From the human T2T-CHM13v2.0 reference genome, Homo sapiens, in assembly GCF_009914755.1 (NCBI RefSeq), contig NC_060928.1: DNA of 64,000 nt; one strand, written 5' to 3'. The notes beneath the pieces are model-generated. The model was not told the origin of the DNA. It was given only the letters and a program-made list of their open reading frames with translations, and ran no database searches. This document shows, piece by piece, positions 44,051 to 57,059 of the stretch; the first letter of the stretch is position 1; every line of letters starts with the position of its first letter. The position numbers were made by a program, and so were the translations under genes.

Positions 44051-47000
44051 TCACAAGCAGAAAGCTCCAGGCATTGTTTGGTCCACTTAAACGTATATGG
44101 TTAATACATCCTCAGAGTATACTCTTTGGTTCTTTGTGTCCAGTGAAACTCAAATCCTGTTCATGTCTATTAACTTAGTAACCCATTCAAAGAGAGTGGC
44201 TAAAGCAATTTAAATTTTTCTCAAAAATCAGATTACCACAGAAGAAAACTCAATTTTGAGAGAAAATGAAAACTGAGTAGTATATTTGAACATTCGGATT
44301 TAATTAATATTCACAGACTATCCATTTCAACATGGGGAGCCAAATGGAATATAGAATTACACAATATAATTGACATTTAAAAATATGTTTTCTGGTTATA
44401 TCTGAATAGTTGCAAGATTTAAAAGTGTCTATAATCCTTATAGTAAAACTCGTTTTTAAAATTCAACTACTTACATTGCATCATATTAGAGACACTTTAG
44501 GGAAGATTAAAGAAAATAAATGAAAGTTAAAAGTTTATACAAAAATAAGTATTTATAAAAATTATGAAGTGATGATATAGAAATATATATGCACATATAT
44601 ATTTCAGAAGTTGTAACATTCTGATATTGCTTATTTTCATTACTTATAAACCTCATACTATAAGAATAGGGTATTAACAGATTATTTGTAATTATTTTAC
44701 TTTTTCATGTATAAATACAAATACTTCTATATTATAATTAACTTGCCATTTATGGTTATATATACTATAATAAATAAAATAGCACATTTAAAGTGAAGCT
44801 AGTACATATGTACCTGAAATGTGTCATATTTAGATTCTTACAAAATAATTAAATTCTTTAGAAAATAATGTGGTTTATAGTTACATAGAATAATAATCTG
44901 AAGATAATTTTACATTTGTAATATTATTAAAATGTAGTACAATAAATGTATGCTACTTCCTTGTAGTCAATCTAATCTGTGTGTTTTGCTTTATGTTTAT
45001 TTTTAGACTCTTTTTTGCATCAAAAAGAGATTTTTGATGAAACATTAGTTATTTCCTCCTGTCTGGCAGCTCAAGTTACAAGCAGAACGCTTAGATTGGC
45101 ACACTTCTCTTTCCTTCCCTTGTTCTCATTAGCAGGGAGTCTTAATCTCCTCTTTCTCTGCCTTTCTGAGTAATCACAGTATATCACTATCCCAGTGGGA
45201 TCTAAACAAAGATTGAGTAGAAAATTAGTATCACAACCAAGTAGGTTTAAGGTCAAAATAATGAAAAATCAATATAACATACAAAGAGGCATTTTAAAAT
45301 TGGTTTGATGCTTGTGTGTGGTGTTTGTGTTACAATTTCCATGATTCCACTACTTTTTGATTTAAATCTTTGACAATATGGTCAATTTTTTTCTCTCCAT
45401 AAAACATACCAAATCTAGCTCTCTAGGCCCCCTAAAATTGATTGGTCTTCATGAACCTGGTCAGTACTATTCTTCATGATCACATGGAGTCCTCCTGCAT
45501 TTATAAATCAATCTATTTGCATACAAAGAACTGTAGTAAGTTATGTAATTGCTTCTACATTTTTGCCTTTATTCAGAGACATGGGTAAAATAATAATGCA
45601 GGAAAGGTGATGAGTTTTCTTTACTACAGTTAGGTTGACATTGAAGGTCTTGGGACATTTTCCTACAGCCATGTAATTGAAAGGATGAAATGCCTGAACA
45701 ACATCCTGACCTTCTGTCAGAGCAGGTATTGATGATATTGTACCGGAGATGCTCAGCTGGGTGCCAGAGAAGTTGAAGACAAGGTTAAAGATAGCAAGTA
45801 ACACAGCATTGTTCAAGTGTTTCACAGATTGGCCATCCAGGAAGACAACAAGGGTTTTAATACACAATTTGGATAATGCAAAGCCTTCCATGAAAATCAA
45901 AATATAAAGTTTTAGTTGTTAAATTAACCAGCCAACTAGCATTTAAGGTTCCACACACTAAGAACATTGCAATAAGAGCCCCCAAATGGGGAGAATAAAA
46001 ACAAAAGTCCAGACATAATGAGTAAGAGCATTATGGGGCTTACAGAAAAGCATCAAAGAATTTGAAAGAAGAAAAATGAAATTTTGATGATAATTAAGTG
46101 TTGGCAGCATGGTTTTCAGTTTCTCGGGATGGACAGTAAAGTCTTAACGGGTCCAACACTTATGAAACATTTGTTAATATTTGAGTGAATATTAGCACTA
46201 CATCAAGCAGTGAAGTATTTTACCTTCACGATTTTATTTGATTCTTTAAATAATCTTATGATAGAATACTGAATCTCTAATTTAAAAAATGGAAGCACAC
46301 TCAAAGAAAAAAAAGAGTTAACAAATGGTTGAGTCATGAATCTGTTATCAAAGTAATCAGATTACATTGCCTAAAAGTATACTAGTATCAACATCAAATC
46401 TCTCTCAACTTACTATGGCTTGGATAATAAATAACATATAGTCCTTGTAGCATGAGACTATAGTTATTCTTAACAATTCTTTTTGTCAGCTTGATAAAAT
46501 TCTAGGTTTAAAAAGCTTTCAGTTACTGTGTGTGTGTACTTCTATCTTCTATGCATGTGGGGGTGTGTGTCTGTCTATCTTAATACTTACAACTTGGCTA
46601 ATTTTACTTTATCTGGAATTGAGAGCCAAAATTCTGTGGACCAAAGTAGGAAAACGTGGCAAATAGACCAGCACTCTGATATATTCATTCATTTCACTCA
46701 TTCCTTTGCAAAACGTGCTAGTGATGTGAAATGCTGTGGACCATAAAAACGTAGTTTCTCTTGTCATAGATACTATAAAATTTTAATAAAATGAAAACTT
46801 AATTCTATCTTTGTCTGCGGTAAATCTCAATAACACACTGACATTATAATACAGTTAAAAGCCTAATTCCTTTGCAACAAGCTCTACTCTGTGTTTAGCA
46901 TATCTGTCAATTGTATGTGAGGGAATCAAATATGCAGAGATTGTAGGGCTCAGAGAAAAACTATCAATTTTATGGATAGAGAACGAAAACCTGCAACTTA

Positions 47001-47218
47001 CTGCCACGAAGAGTCATGAGAGCTATCTGGGGATTAAACTATTGCACATTATTAAGTACATGTGGGAGAGACCCAGAAAGACAGTACAGTGAAAGATTGA
47101 GATCTTTTAACTAAGGCCCTCTTATGTTCTTGTTCCCTGCAGCTATTCCTTTCTATCCTCACCTTCCAACTTTGCACATGATATTTAGTCCCCAATTGTG
47201 GCTTGCCACTCACCTGAA

Positions 47219-47347
47219 CAAAATTCAGATTGTTCAATGAATGGTACTTACAAGATAATACCCCTGCTTTCCAAACCAGGGTGAACTTGTCTGGGGGAAT
47301 AGATGAATTATATTGTAAGTACCATTCATTGAACAATCTGAATTTTG
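47219..47347. repeat. Perfect 35 bp inverted repeat with a 59 bp spacer
   Basis: caaaattcagattgttcaatgaatggtacttacaa (47219-47253) and its exact reverse complement (47313-47347). Confidence 0.97.
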
Positions 47348-47635
47348 GGTGAACTTTGAACCTTCTGCTAGAACCCTATAAATTATCCTGCCCTCAGGCG
47401 CTAAGTTAGAACACTCCTTAGGGGCCTTCTCATCTCAGCATTTTAAAATATTTTGCTTGGTTTTCTTTTATCATAATCATCATGGAGACTCACACATTAC
47501 CTGAAAAACAAAAATTAAATAATTTACTGAAATGTTACTCCTGACTCTCGTTTATACGTGAGGCTTGGAGTTATTTTCTTGTTACAGCAAGTATTTTAGG
47601 GTCGCCTGTCTTATTTTTCCCCACAGTGTTTGGAG

Positions 47636-47853
47636 AAGTGGCTTTCTAGCAAATGTGGTTCTCCTCCCCAGAGTACACTTGGCAAGGTCTGGAGATGTAT
47701 TTTGGGGTCATATTTGGGGAGGGGCAGTGCTACTGGCATCTGGGGACAGAGTCCAGGGAAGCTGCTAAATATCTTATAATGCAGAGGACAGCTCCCCACA
47801 ACCAAGAATCATTCCCCTCAAAATGTCAGGAGTGCTAAGGTTGGGAAACACTG
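47636..47853 (+). mobile_element. MER20 (hAT-Charlie non-autonomous DNA transposon)
   Basis: 'ttggcaaggtctggagat...gtgctactggcatct...gctgctaaatatc...aaaatgtcaggagtgctaaggttgggaaacactg'. Confidence 0.88.
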
Positions 47854-48578
47854 ATTTCGAAGACGATGCATTCAGTTACTAGATAAGAATTAAAATTATT
47901 AGCAAATACTTAAGACACAAAGATGTAAAACTTTTATTTAAGACGTAAAATATATCTAAATGTGATTTGGTGTTTAAATGTCCTTTCCCAATAATAAACC
48001 ACAGGAGTTTTTGAAAACATGTATGTTAAAACAGGTGCCTAACATTTAAAGGAATTTTAATATTCTCAGGGTTCTTATATGTTTCTATTCCATTTAGCAC
48101 ATCTCTATAATTAACTCCATTTTTCCAAATATACAATGAGATTGACACTAATAGTATGACTTATTTGCACTGATAAAATGTCTCCTAATTATAAAAGGCC
48201 AAAAATAGAACTAAAAATTCCCTTTGCTTAGTTACAGATGTTTTATGTAACAAAACTGATTTTCTAGTTCACATTAAAAATATTTACTTTTCCTTTGGAT
48301 TGAACATATATATTTGAACGTTCAAAATTGTTTGTATTAATGTACATTAGCATTAGATTCTTATGTCACTTATAAAGAATATATGTCCCATTTTCTGGCA
48401 TCTATATTCATGCTTCTGACTAAAAGCATAACTGGCCATTACATATTTTTAAATTGTCAACTTTGTGAACGTTTGAAAACTAATTTAAAACTAATTTTAA
48501 AAAATAGTTTAAAATATAGAAATGATGCAGATCTAAAAGTTGCATATACACAAAAAGGTCAATAATATTTTAAACTAA

Positions 48579-49030
<452 letters not shown>

Positions 49031-49123
49031 GGTTCTAGAGTTTAATAAAAATATAGTTACCAGTCATTCATCTCTGTAGCTATGATGTTTTCTACCAACT
49101 AACCAATCCAAGAAACAAAAGTT

Positions 49124-49155
49124 TATCTAATACAAGAAGGCTCTTGTATTAGATA
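49124..49155. repeat. 14 bp perfect hairpin with a 4 nt loop
   Basis: tatctaatacaaga-aggc-tcttgtattagata. Confidence 0.95.
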
Positions 49156-49300
49156 CAAGAAGAATGAATTAAAATCCCTTTGATGCAATTAGGAGACAAT
49201 CCCTCTGATGTAATATATCAAGGATCCCCTCAAAAGATTGTGTGTGTGCGCGTGTGTGTGTGGGCAGGAAGCTACTTCATGTTTTCAAAATGGAGTAAAT

Positions 49301-49302
<2 letters not shown>

Positions 49303-49336
<34 letters not shown>
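49303..49336. repeat. (TG)n microsatellite; a second TG/CG tract lies at 49239-49262
   Basis: Read directly. Confidence 0.95.
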
Positions 49337-49338
<2 letters not shown>

Positions 49339-49929
49339 CTGTTTCCTCCTAATGTCCATTATTATATTTCAGTGACCCTATATTAACCTGCAAAGGAGCA
49401 GGGTAGGGAAGTACATGACTCAGAGAAATGAGAGTATGGAAAATTAGATAGACTCAATATCCACATTTAAAATCTGTTCATAGCTCTTAAACTGATTTTC
49501 TTTGGTGTGGGATAGATAGATGAGTGACATGCATCCTAGTTTTTCATTGAGTCACATGGTTACACATTTTGTGAAGATGTCATTTTCGACAGGGGTTACC
49601 ACTTTATGGACAATGTTTACCAAGAACAGGGGAGCAATAGTAGCACATCCATGCTGCAGGGAATAAGAGATGCCTATTATTTGTGGAATATGTGAAAATT
49701 TTAAAGCAATAATAAAGCCAACTAAAAGTTGATCTGCTTTTTATTATAATACACTGGCAATTCGGAATGTCATTGATAGAATATTTCTCCCATGAGGCCA
49801 ACTATTCCCCACTGATAGTCATCTTCTTTGCTAAGCCACTGCTCATAGACAACTTCCACATTGGATCAGATACTCTTATGATCCATTGCCTTACAACCCT
49901 AACTTTTATCTTACTGGCTCCCACAGTTA

Positions 49930-50135
49930 AAATAAATAGTTAATTATTTGATTAATTATGACATCTTTTTCTCCTCTAGATTATCTCCAAGAAAGCAAAA
50001 CATTTTTCATACTCTCCAATATATCTAATGTGCCTCATATTCTGAGACTTACATATGTATTACCTAAATGAATATTAATGAATTGAATGCATGAATGATA
50101 AATGGATGAAGAATGGATAAATTAATGAATGAATA
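49930..50135 (+). mobile_element. L2 3' end with (TGAA)n-like tail
   Basis: 'ctcctctagattatctccaagaaagcaaaa...tgaatgcatgaatga'. Confidence 0.55.
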
Positions 50136-50584
50136 AAACATAATGCCTAATTTAAACATTCCTGAAATTTTTCAAGAATTGTGTCTAAATTTTAAAACCC
50201 TGAATTTTAACTATCATTTATCTGGGCACCTCTAATGGATTGGATAATTAATTCTCTGCTAAAGCTTTATTTAGCTGAGACACTGTCAAATGAGCATGAC
50301 TAAGCAACATTCAAAGATTTCAATGGTCTCTACACTCTTCCCTGAAACTGAAGGTGAAATAATCTGACCACTATACTTTTTTCTTCTTTAATTTTTCTAC
50401 AGAGAACATTAAAATAAAATTGCTTATTAATGTTGCTTGATAAACAATTACAATATCACTTTTTAGAATTTCTAGAATTTCTTTAGCTGAATTCTTATTA
50501 AATTTTTAAATGATCCACGACTTGCATAGTGCTACTCTAACTCCAACTGCTTCTTTGCTGAGTTAAAACCAGCTATATTCTCAG

Positions 50585-51148
50585 CTTATCAGGTATCATG
50601 TCCTCAGTCACAAGTCACAGACACCAGTGATATTTAATATGTATTTTTTCATATATGCAAATGTTCCTAGGCATGGGAAGTGAGAAGGTTGATGATACTG
50701 TGTATTGCATTTATGTAGAAATGTTATGTCCATCTTTCTGCTTTGGCGTTTTTTTTGTTTGTTCGTTTTTGTTTTTTTTTCGTTTTTTTGTTTTGGCTTT
50801 GTTTAGCAGCTGATTGTCTTCATGCTTGCAAAATGGTTGTGGCATATCCCAACATCACCTCACAGCAATCTTCACAAAACATAGCTTTTCAGAAGCCTCA
50901 GTACCAACTTTCTTTCAGATCTTATCGACCAAGACCGGTCACACAGCAATCCCTGTCAATCACTGGCAAAGGAGAATGTGGTTATTATGACTAGCCTAGG
51001 CTGATCAGGGTCCCTTTAATTAAATTTGAGGTTACCCTTCCCTAAGTAGTCTGGCAAATGAATAAATTTCTGGAAAAATAAAGTATTTCTTTCAGCAATA
51101 TAGAAAGGTTGAGGGCTCTCCTAAATAGGCAATAAAAATTTCTGCCAT
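50585..51148 (-). mobile_element. Old MaLR LTR (MLT1K/L-like)
   Basis: 'catgcttgcaaaatggttgtggca...caatcactggcaaaggagaatg...taggcaataaaaatttctgccata'. Confidence 0.6.
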
Positions 51149-52316
51149 ACTAAATACCCAGAAAATCTTTCTTATTGAATGCATTATATAAAGAAGCTTA
51201 GAGACCATTATTCATACATTACAAATAAATGATATAAATCTTTATTTGCATCTTGGTTTCTTAATTTTAGAATAATGTCCTTATTCCCACTGTTTAGTTG
51301 ATATTTATTGTGTTTATCATTATCTAAGTTTATCATAAAAACTTTTGAAAATATGAAATGTGAGTGAAAAACAGAAGTAACTTTAAAGACTTTACATAAA
51401 AAAGAAAACTATTTGTCATTTTTAAAATGGCCATTGAACCATCTCTTCCTATTTTGCTGGGCTTGAATCTCTTTTATTGTGAAATATTTTAAAAGGTTTT
51501 CGGTGCTTTTTCACAATCAGTTTTTCAAAAGATAATGTTTTTTATTTTAGAAATGGATTTTTGGAATGAGGTCACTCTTAATAGAATGATTCACTCTCTG
51601 GGCCTTGTTTCACTGCATAATTCAGTCCCTTCATGGTAATGGTCCTTGTACTGAATGGGAGACTTCACATTTCACTAGTGGAGAATTTATTATGCTTTTC
51701 TTAAAAGCCCCACTTCCTCTGATGTTTAAAATCATCTTGCTTGAAAAATTAAACTAAAATATATTTTGTGTTTACCAGTTATTGAAATGTTGGATGATGT
51801 TTAAAATGTCCACTAATGCATAACAATGTACATTCATATCTGCAGTGATACTTCTCAGAGCAGAGAAATATTATCCAATACAAATCCATTAAACAGGAGG
51901 CTTACTGCAAAACATAAAAAGAGGTCTTCTGTGGAAGTGCTAGAAGTACCCAATTTACTAAAATATCCCAGGATAATAACACTATAGCTTTTTAGGGATA
52001 GTAATATAATTACCTTCCTTCCTTCCTGGTTCTAATCAATGAAGAATAGGTAGGACGCTGAGTGGGTGAAAGCATTATCTTTAATAATGCAGATTAAAAA
52101 ATAATAATGTAGATAATAATGTAGATTAAGGGCCGATAATCCTCCAAATTTGTGGACATGAGATGACAATTTATTTCCACAACTGAAACTTCCCATTTGA
52201 AAACATCCAAGAACCCACTCAGGGACCATGTACTTAATTTAAAACCAAAGACACTGAAACTGGAGGACCTGGGAAAATAGGCCTTGCCTGGTGTGCTTAT
52301 TACAAGGAAGCAGATC

Positions 52317-52480
52317 CCTTCCCTTCCCTGCCCTGCCCTGCCCTGCCCTGCCTTGCCCTGCCCTGCCTTCCCTTCCCCTCCCCTCCCCTCTCCTGTCCTC
52401 TCCTTTCTCCTCTTTTCTTTTCTCTTTTCTTATCTTTTTTTTCTTCTCTTCTCTTCTCTTTCCTTTTCTTCTTTTCCCCT
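52317..52480. repeat. Pyrimidine-rich pentamer array grading from (CCCTG)n to (CCCCT)n to (TTTTC)n
   Basis: Read directly. Confidence 0.92.
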
Positions 52481-52883
52481 GTGAGCTCAGCCAGGAATGG
52501 ATGCTCTCATGAGGAGAGGGGACACAATCCCACAAAACTCTGTGATTAGTAAGGAACATTGTATAGCTTCAAGGTGCAAGAGAAATGAGATATGCATTTT
52601 AGATTTAAATACAATGCAAAACTAGCATTAATTTATTTGAGCGGATTTTGATGCTTTTCTATTTATGATGCCTTTCTGCAAAGTGATTGGGAAGCAGGAA
52701 AACAGATACTGTTCTGAGCTGGTATTTTCATTTAGGAAAGCCTAACATTATTTTAGGTCAGTGTAGGATAAGTTCCAATGTGAAATGCATAACAAATATT
52801 TTAAATTTAAAAAGTAAAACATTTTATGACTCAGTTTAAAAAAAAAAAACAAAGAATTTGATTGTGATTAACTTTCACTCTTA

Positions 52884-53353
52884 TAGCAACATTTATTTGC
52901 TTGGCCAAACTTAAGTTAGGCTCCTGAAACTTCTGTGCCCATCTGTGCACTTCCTTGCAAAATCCAGTTTTAGTAAAGAACCTGCTAAGCCAGTTGAGCA
53001 AAAACCTTTCCTGTCTCATTACCTTCCATATATAACAGGTTCCTCATGCTCCACCATCCCCCAGATGATGTCTGATCACTCTATTCTGTCTTCAGTAAGA
53101 ATTCTGTTAGGTTAGTTTGCCAAAATTCCCTCTCACCCCTGAAGTTTCCTTTTAGCAATATTCCATCCACTGAACCCACCCTGCCCTTTGGCTATACATT
53201 TCTGCTTGCCCAGGCTATGTTTGGAATTAAGTCCAATTTCCCTCCTACACTTAAGAACCCTTTACAGGGGTCCCTGTACCTATTGCTATGGTCCTGGATA
53301 TGGTCTTCCTTACCATACTTTACAAGTATCATTGAATAATTTTTTATTTAATA
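52884..53353 (+). mobile_element. ERV1 solo LTR, MER31-like
   Basis: 'ccaaacttaagttaggctcc...ccaccatcccccagatgatgtctgatcac...ttccttaccatactttacaagtatcattgaataatttttt'. Confidence 0.82.
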
Positions 53354-56284
53354 CTGAAGTACAATAATTGAACAATAGAAAATTGGATCCAAAAGAGATT
53401 ATAAATTAACACATCTGATTCTCTTATTCAAAAATGAGAAAACTTTTTCTTAGGGACTTTAAACGCCTTGCTTAATATTGTGTCAATCAGACAAATGATA
53501 CCAAAACTCTCTCTCCTGGGCTGGCACCTTATCTACTCTGTATTCCTATTTAGCTTAGCTTTTTAACACTGGAAAAAGTGTACTTGGAAAAAATGATAAT
53601 TTTTAACAGATACATCTTATGTATTAAAATATAATGCCTTACAATAATGTAAATTGTCAAGGTTGTGTGGCTTTTATGCTTCATGATGATTTATTTATTT
53701 TTACAGTGCTCTCTAAAATATTACATAACTAGTGCTTAATTTCCTGCATTTGATTATATATTTTTAAAGTTTCTGATATTTTTCTATGATATATAGTAGA
53801 AAATGCTTATATTACTGCTTATATTATTTTTTTCCTAGAACATAATCTCTGACTTCGATCTGGTGTCAGATGAGCATCTTTTTGATATTATTACATCAAG
53901 TGATAATAGCAATAATGACAAAGATCTGGAAATGGAAATAACAATCTCCTAATAAATCTGATTGTAGGATAAAGCTGAATTATTGCATTTCAAGAAAATT
54001 TATTTGGAGTTAGCTATTCCATGTCAAGTACAGTTAGTTGTGAGGATGCTAAGTTTTAGAGATGCTAGGTATTGGATCACAAAACTAACCTGAACATTTT
54101 ATTTCTTTATTCATAATCTACATCATATCTCCCCGGGACTTCCAATGAGATAACAAAATTAAGCTACATGTTTATCCCCTATAGTGTCTCATCATAAATT
54201 ATAAAATGCTCAAAGTAAAATGAAAGCCCACATTAAAAATGACAGGGCTGAATATGCCCTTTTAATATGCAATTTCAGAAAGAGAAGTTGGGAATTAGAG
54301 TAAACAAAAGAAACATTCGTTTCCACGTCACCCCTTTTTATTCTTTCTCCTTGTTCGGTGGTCCCACATTCAATCTAAAACCATGTAAATGGTATCACTT
54401 TTAATAGAAAATAGAAAGTATGAGCAATTGTACAGATGTACTCTGAGGAGTAAAGCCTAAAGTAAAAGAAGACTTTTTTAGTGCTGTACTTAGAGTGCTC
54501 ATTAAAGCAAATAAAGCTTGCTTCTATGGATTTGTAACCAATAAAGAAAGACTGTGGCTTGGTGAGAAGAAGTAAACTTGCAATTGTATAAGTCTAGTGT
54601 TTCTCATTCAAGAAGCAATCTACCATTAATCCTAAGCCATGTTGGAGAAATAGAGAATGCAGTTGGCTTGAACTTTCAGGCCACTAAACAGCAAAATATT
54701 GTTTCTCACAATGGGAATGACTGTAATTTAGAATTTTCATTTTCTCTTGTATAAGCCTCAGTTTCCTAACATTACAAAAATGAGAGTAAACATAATATCT
54801 ATTGGATAGTACTGTTATGAGGGCTAAGTATACTATAAAGTAGGCACAAAATAATTTTCATCTACATTATCACTTTCATTGTAACCTATTTAAGATATAC
54901 TAAACCATCTCTATGAAATAAAATGTTTAAACTGAAAGGTAGAACTGTATTTTTATTCTGGGTAAATTATATGCCTTCATCAAACTTTAACCCTGCCTGA
55001 TTTGGGGAATATTTGGATCTAATATACTAGCTAGGTTATTCCAAACTGTTCTATTTTGCCCATTTGATGTTGCTGCCATGTATGTGTCATCCAAGATACA
55101 GAAATATCCAAAAGTACAGGAGTAAAATATCTCATTCTACTGGTATTAATTCATTGCTTAACACATTTTGGGAGTGGCTATAAAATTGGCTACAGATTAT
55201 TATACCCACATTATTATTTAGTTCATTCAAATTTTTTATCTTTTCCAAAGGAAATAGTAAGATTTTTAAAGTGCTTTGTACAATTATATGTTGAGTTCTT
55301 ATGTAGTTTTTCATGTCCTATTTTTAATGAAGCTGGGATAATTTTTATAATCTCTGCTTGTTTCTTTCTCTTTACAACTGTTCACAATGGGTGTTTAAAA
55401 ATTCATTTGATAAAATGGCCAGAGAATAATGTCTCAATAATACATAGTGCATTTTTAAAACCACTTCTTAGAAAAACTAAGACTTCAGGAATGTTATTAT
55501 AAAGTGATTTAATTTTTGTTTCCCAGGCTTTTCAAACCTAGTTAGTGGGTTTGTGCTCTCTAACAAAAAATTAAGACAATTCCTAGTCACTGTCAAGTGC
55601 TAAGTGTTCCTCTTTAGTAACTAATATGTCATTTCCCTCTTTGAATCTGCTAATGAGTAAAAGGGCTTTGGTTAGATTTTTATTTTTTCCATCCTGTTAC
55701 TTTTATTTCTTCTGGCCTAGCTTGCTTACCAAAATTTCTGACCTTTCTGGGAAGGGTCAGGGCATATGAAGGAGGGCAAAGGATGTTGAAAGTTCCTACT
55801 TGATTCATGCAGTCTAAGTGAGTCTAAGCAGTTTGGTCCTAGAGAGTTGCCTTCTCTCCTCATTTGCTTTTGTGGGATCTTTGCAGAATTGCTCTTATCT
55901 TTGGAACTTTCAACTGCATTTCCTTTGATGCCAGGGCTGCACTCTCCCTGAGTAGTTGCTGTGGCCTTTATTAGCCCTTAATCATCCATCAGTATTTTTG
56001 TCTACTTCTCTTGCTGTGCTCCATGCAGCCTTCTAAGGACTTATTAAAAATAAATTAGATATAAGTTTCAAGGCTGAATGAGAATCTATGTGTCCAAATC
56101 AAAATTCAACTAAATTTCTAACGTAATAAATGAAAAAAAGATTTAGACCTAAAATATAAATTTGTAATTTATAACCCTTTCAAAAAAAGATTATAAATAT
56201 TTACATATAAAAATAGCATGCCACCTACAAAAGAAAAACAGTAAAACTGGCATCAAATGTTTTTTTTCAGGATCCCTAGAAAAT

Positions 56285-56457
56285 GTGTTTAAGATGGAGG
56301 AGATGTAAGATGAAAGGAGACTTGGTCCCTAAATGACCTTTTGAAGAAGAGCTGCCTACTCTTTACAGGAACAAGAAAGAAAACTTATACTAACCTATAT
56401 TGTGTCATACGTTGAGATACAGATGTTTACTTTTTGTAGTTAGCATTACCTAAGTAA
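56285..56457 (+). mobile_element. Old MLT1 LTR 3' fragment
   Basis: 'aagatgaaaggagacttggtccctaaatgac...agagctgcc...tagttagcattaccta'. Confidence 0.5.
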
Positions 56458-56829
56458 GGCTAACAAGATAATGTTTTTTGTTTTTGTTTTTGTTTTTTAC
56501 AATTAATTTCCTTTTTCTCCCATACTCCCTGCATTTTGTGAAAATGTGTCAGTAGCAGCAACCTCTTGGTTTGATTCCCTAAAATTTGGGCCATAGCTTT
56601 GGGTGTTCATTTTTCATCTTCAGATGTGATAGCCTGTGGAATGGTAGTTTCCGGTATAGACATAAATAGGTCCACTAGAGTGTGGTAGGGTTGTCAGTAC
56701 TCCCATAGTGGGAGTCTAATTATGAATTTTTCTGGAAGTCATTGCAATGGACCCATTCACAATTCTTTTCAGCCTTTTCAACAATGTGTACATTCTTAAA
56801 TCCTGGCTATTAAATTTATTCCTGCTTAG

Positions 56830-56855
56830 TATATATATATATATATATATATATA
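56830..56855. repeat. (TA)n microsatellite
   Basis: Read directly. Confidence 0.95.
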
Positions 56856-57059
56856 ATCTCTAGTTTAACTTTCTTCAATGAATCAATCTATATAGTTTCC
56901 AATTTTCACAATAAACTTAAGTAATTACAAAGAATAAAGATAATTAAGGTAACAGGACAGAATATCAGTGTTAGTTATGATCAAAAAGTGAAAGTAGAGC
57001 TGATACCTTGAAAGGTAGAAAAATATGGGCATGAGGAAAAGGAGATATGGAAGACGTGA

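Noticed and set aside
45541-45910. 119 aa minus-strand ORF, and a + frame reading AGIDDIVPEML that faintly resembles an RTE-type LINE motif
   Set aside because: The similarity is limited to about 10 residues and cannot be supported without an HMM search.
47219-47347. Canonical pre-miRNA or MITE
   Set aside because: The 59 nt spacer is too long for a typical Drosha hairpin, and I recognise no TIR/TSD; kept only as an inverted repeat.
52239-52559. Arg/Gly/Lys-rich 106 aa ORF
   Set aside because: Translation artefact of the pentamer simple repeat.
55560-56890. Possible further ancient LTR fragments flanking the MLT1 piece
   Set aside because: Composition and an LTR-like 3' end near 56810-56890 are suggestive, but I cannot assign a family or boundaries.
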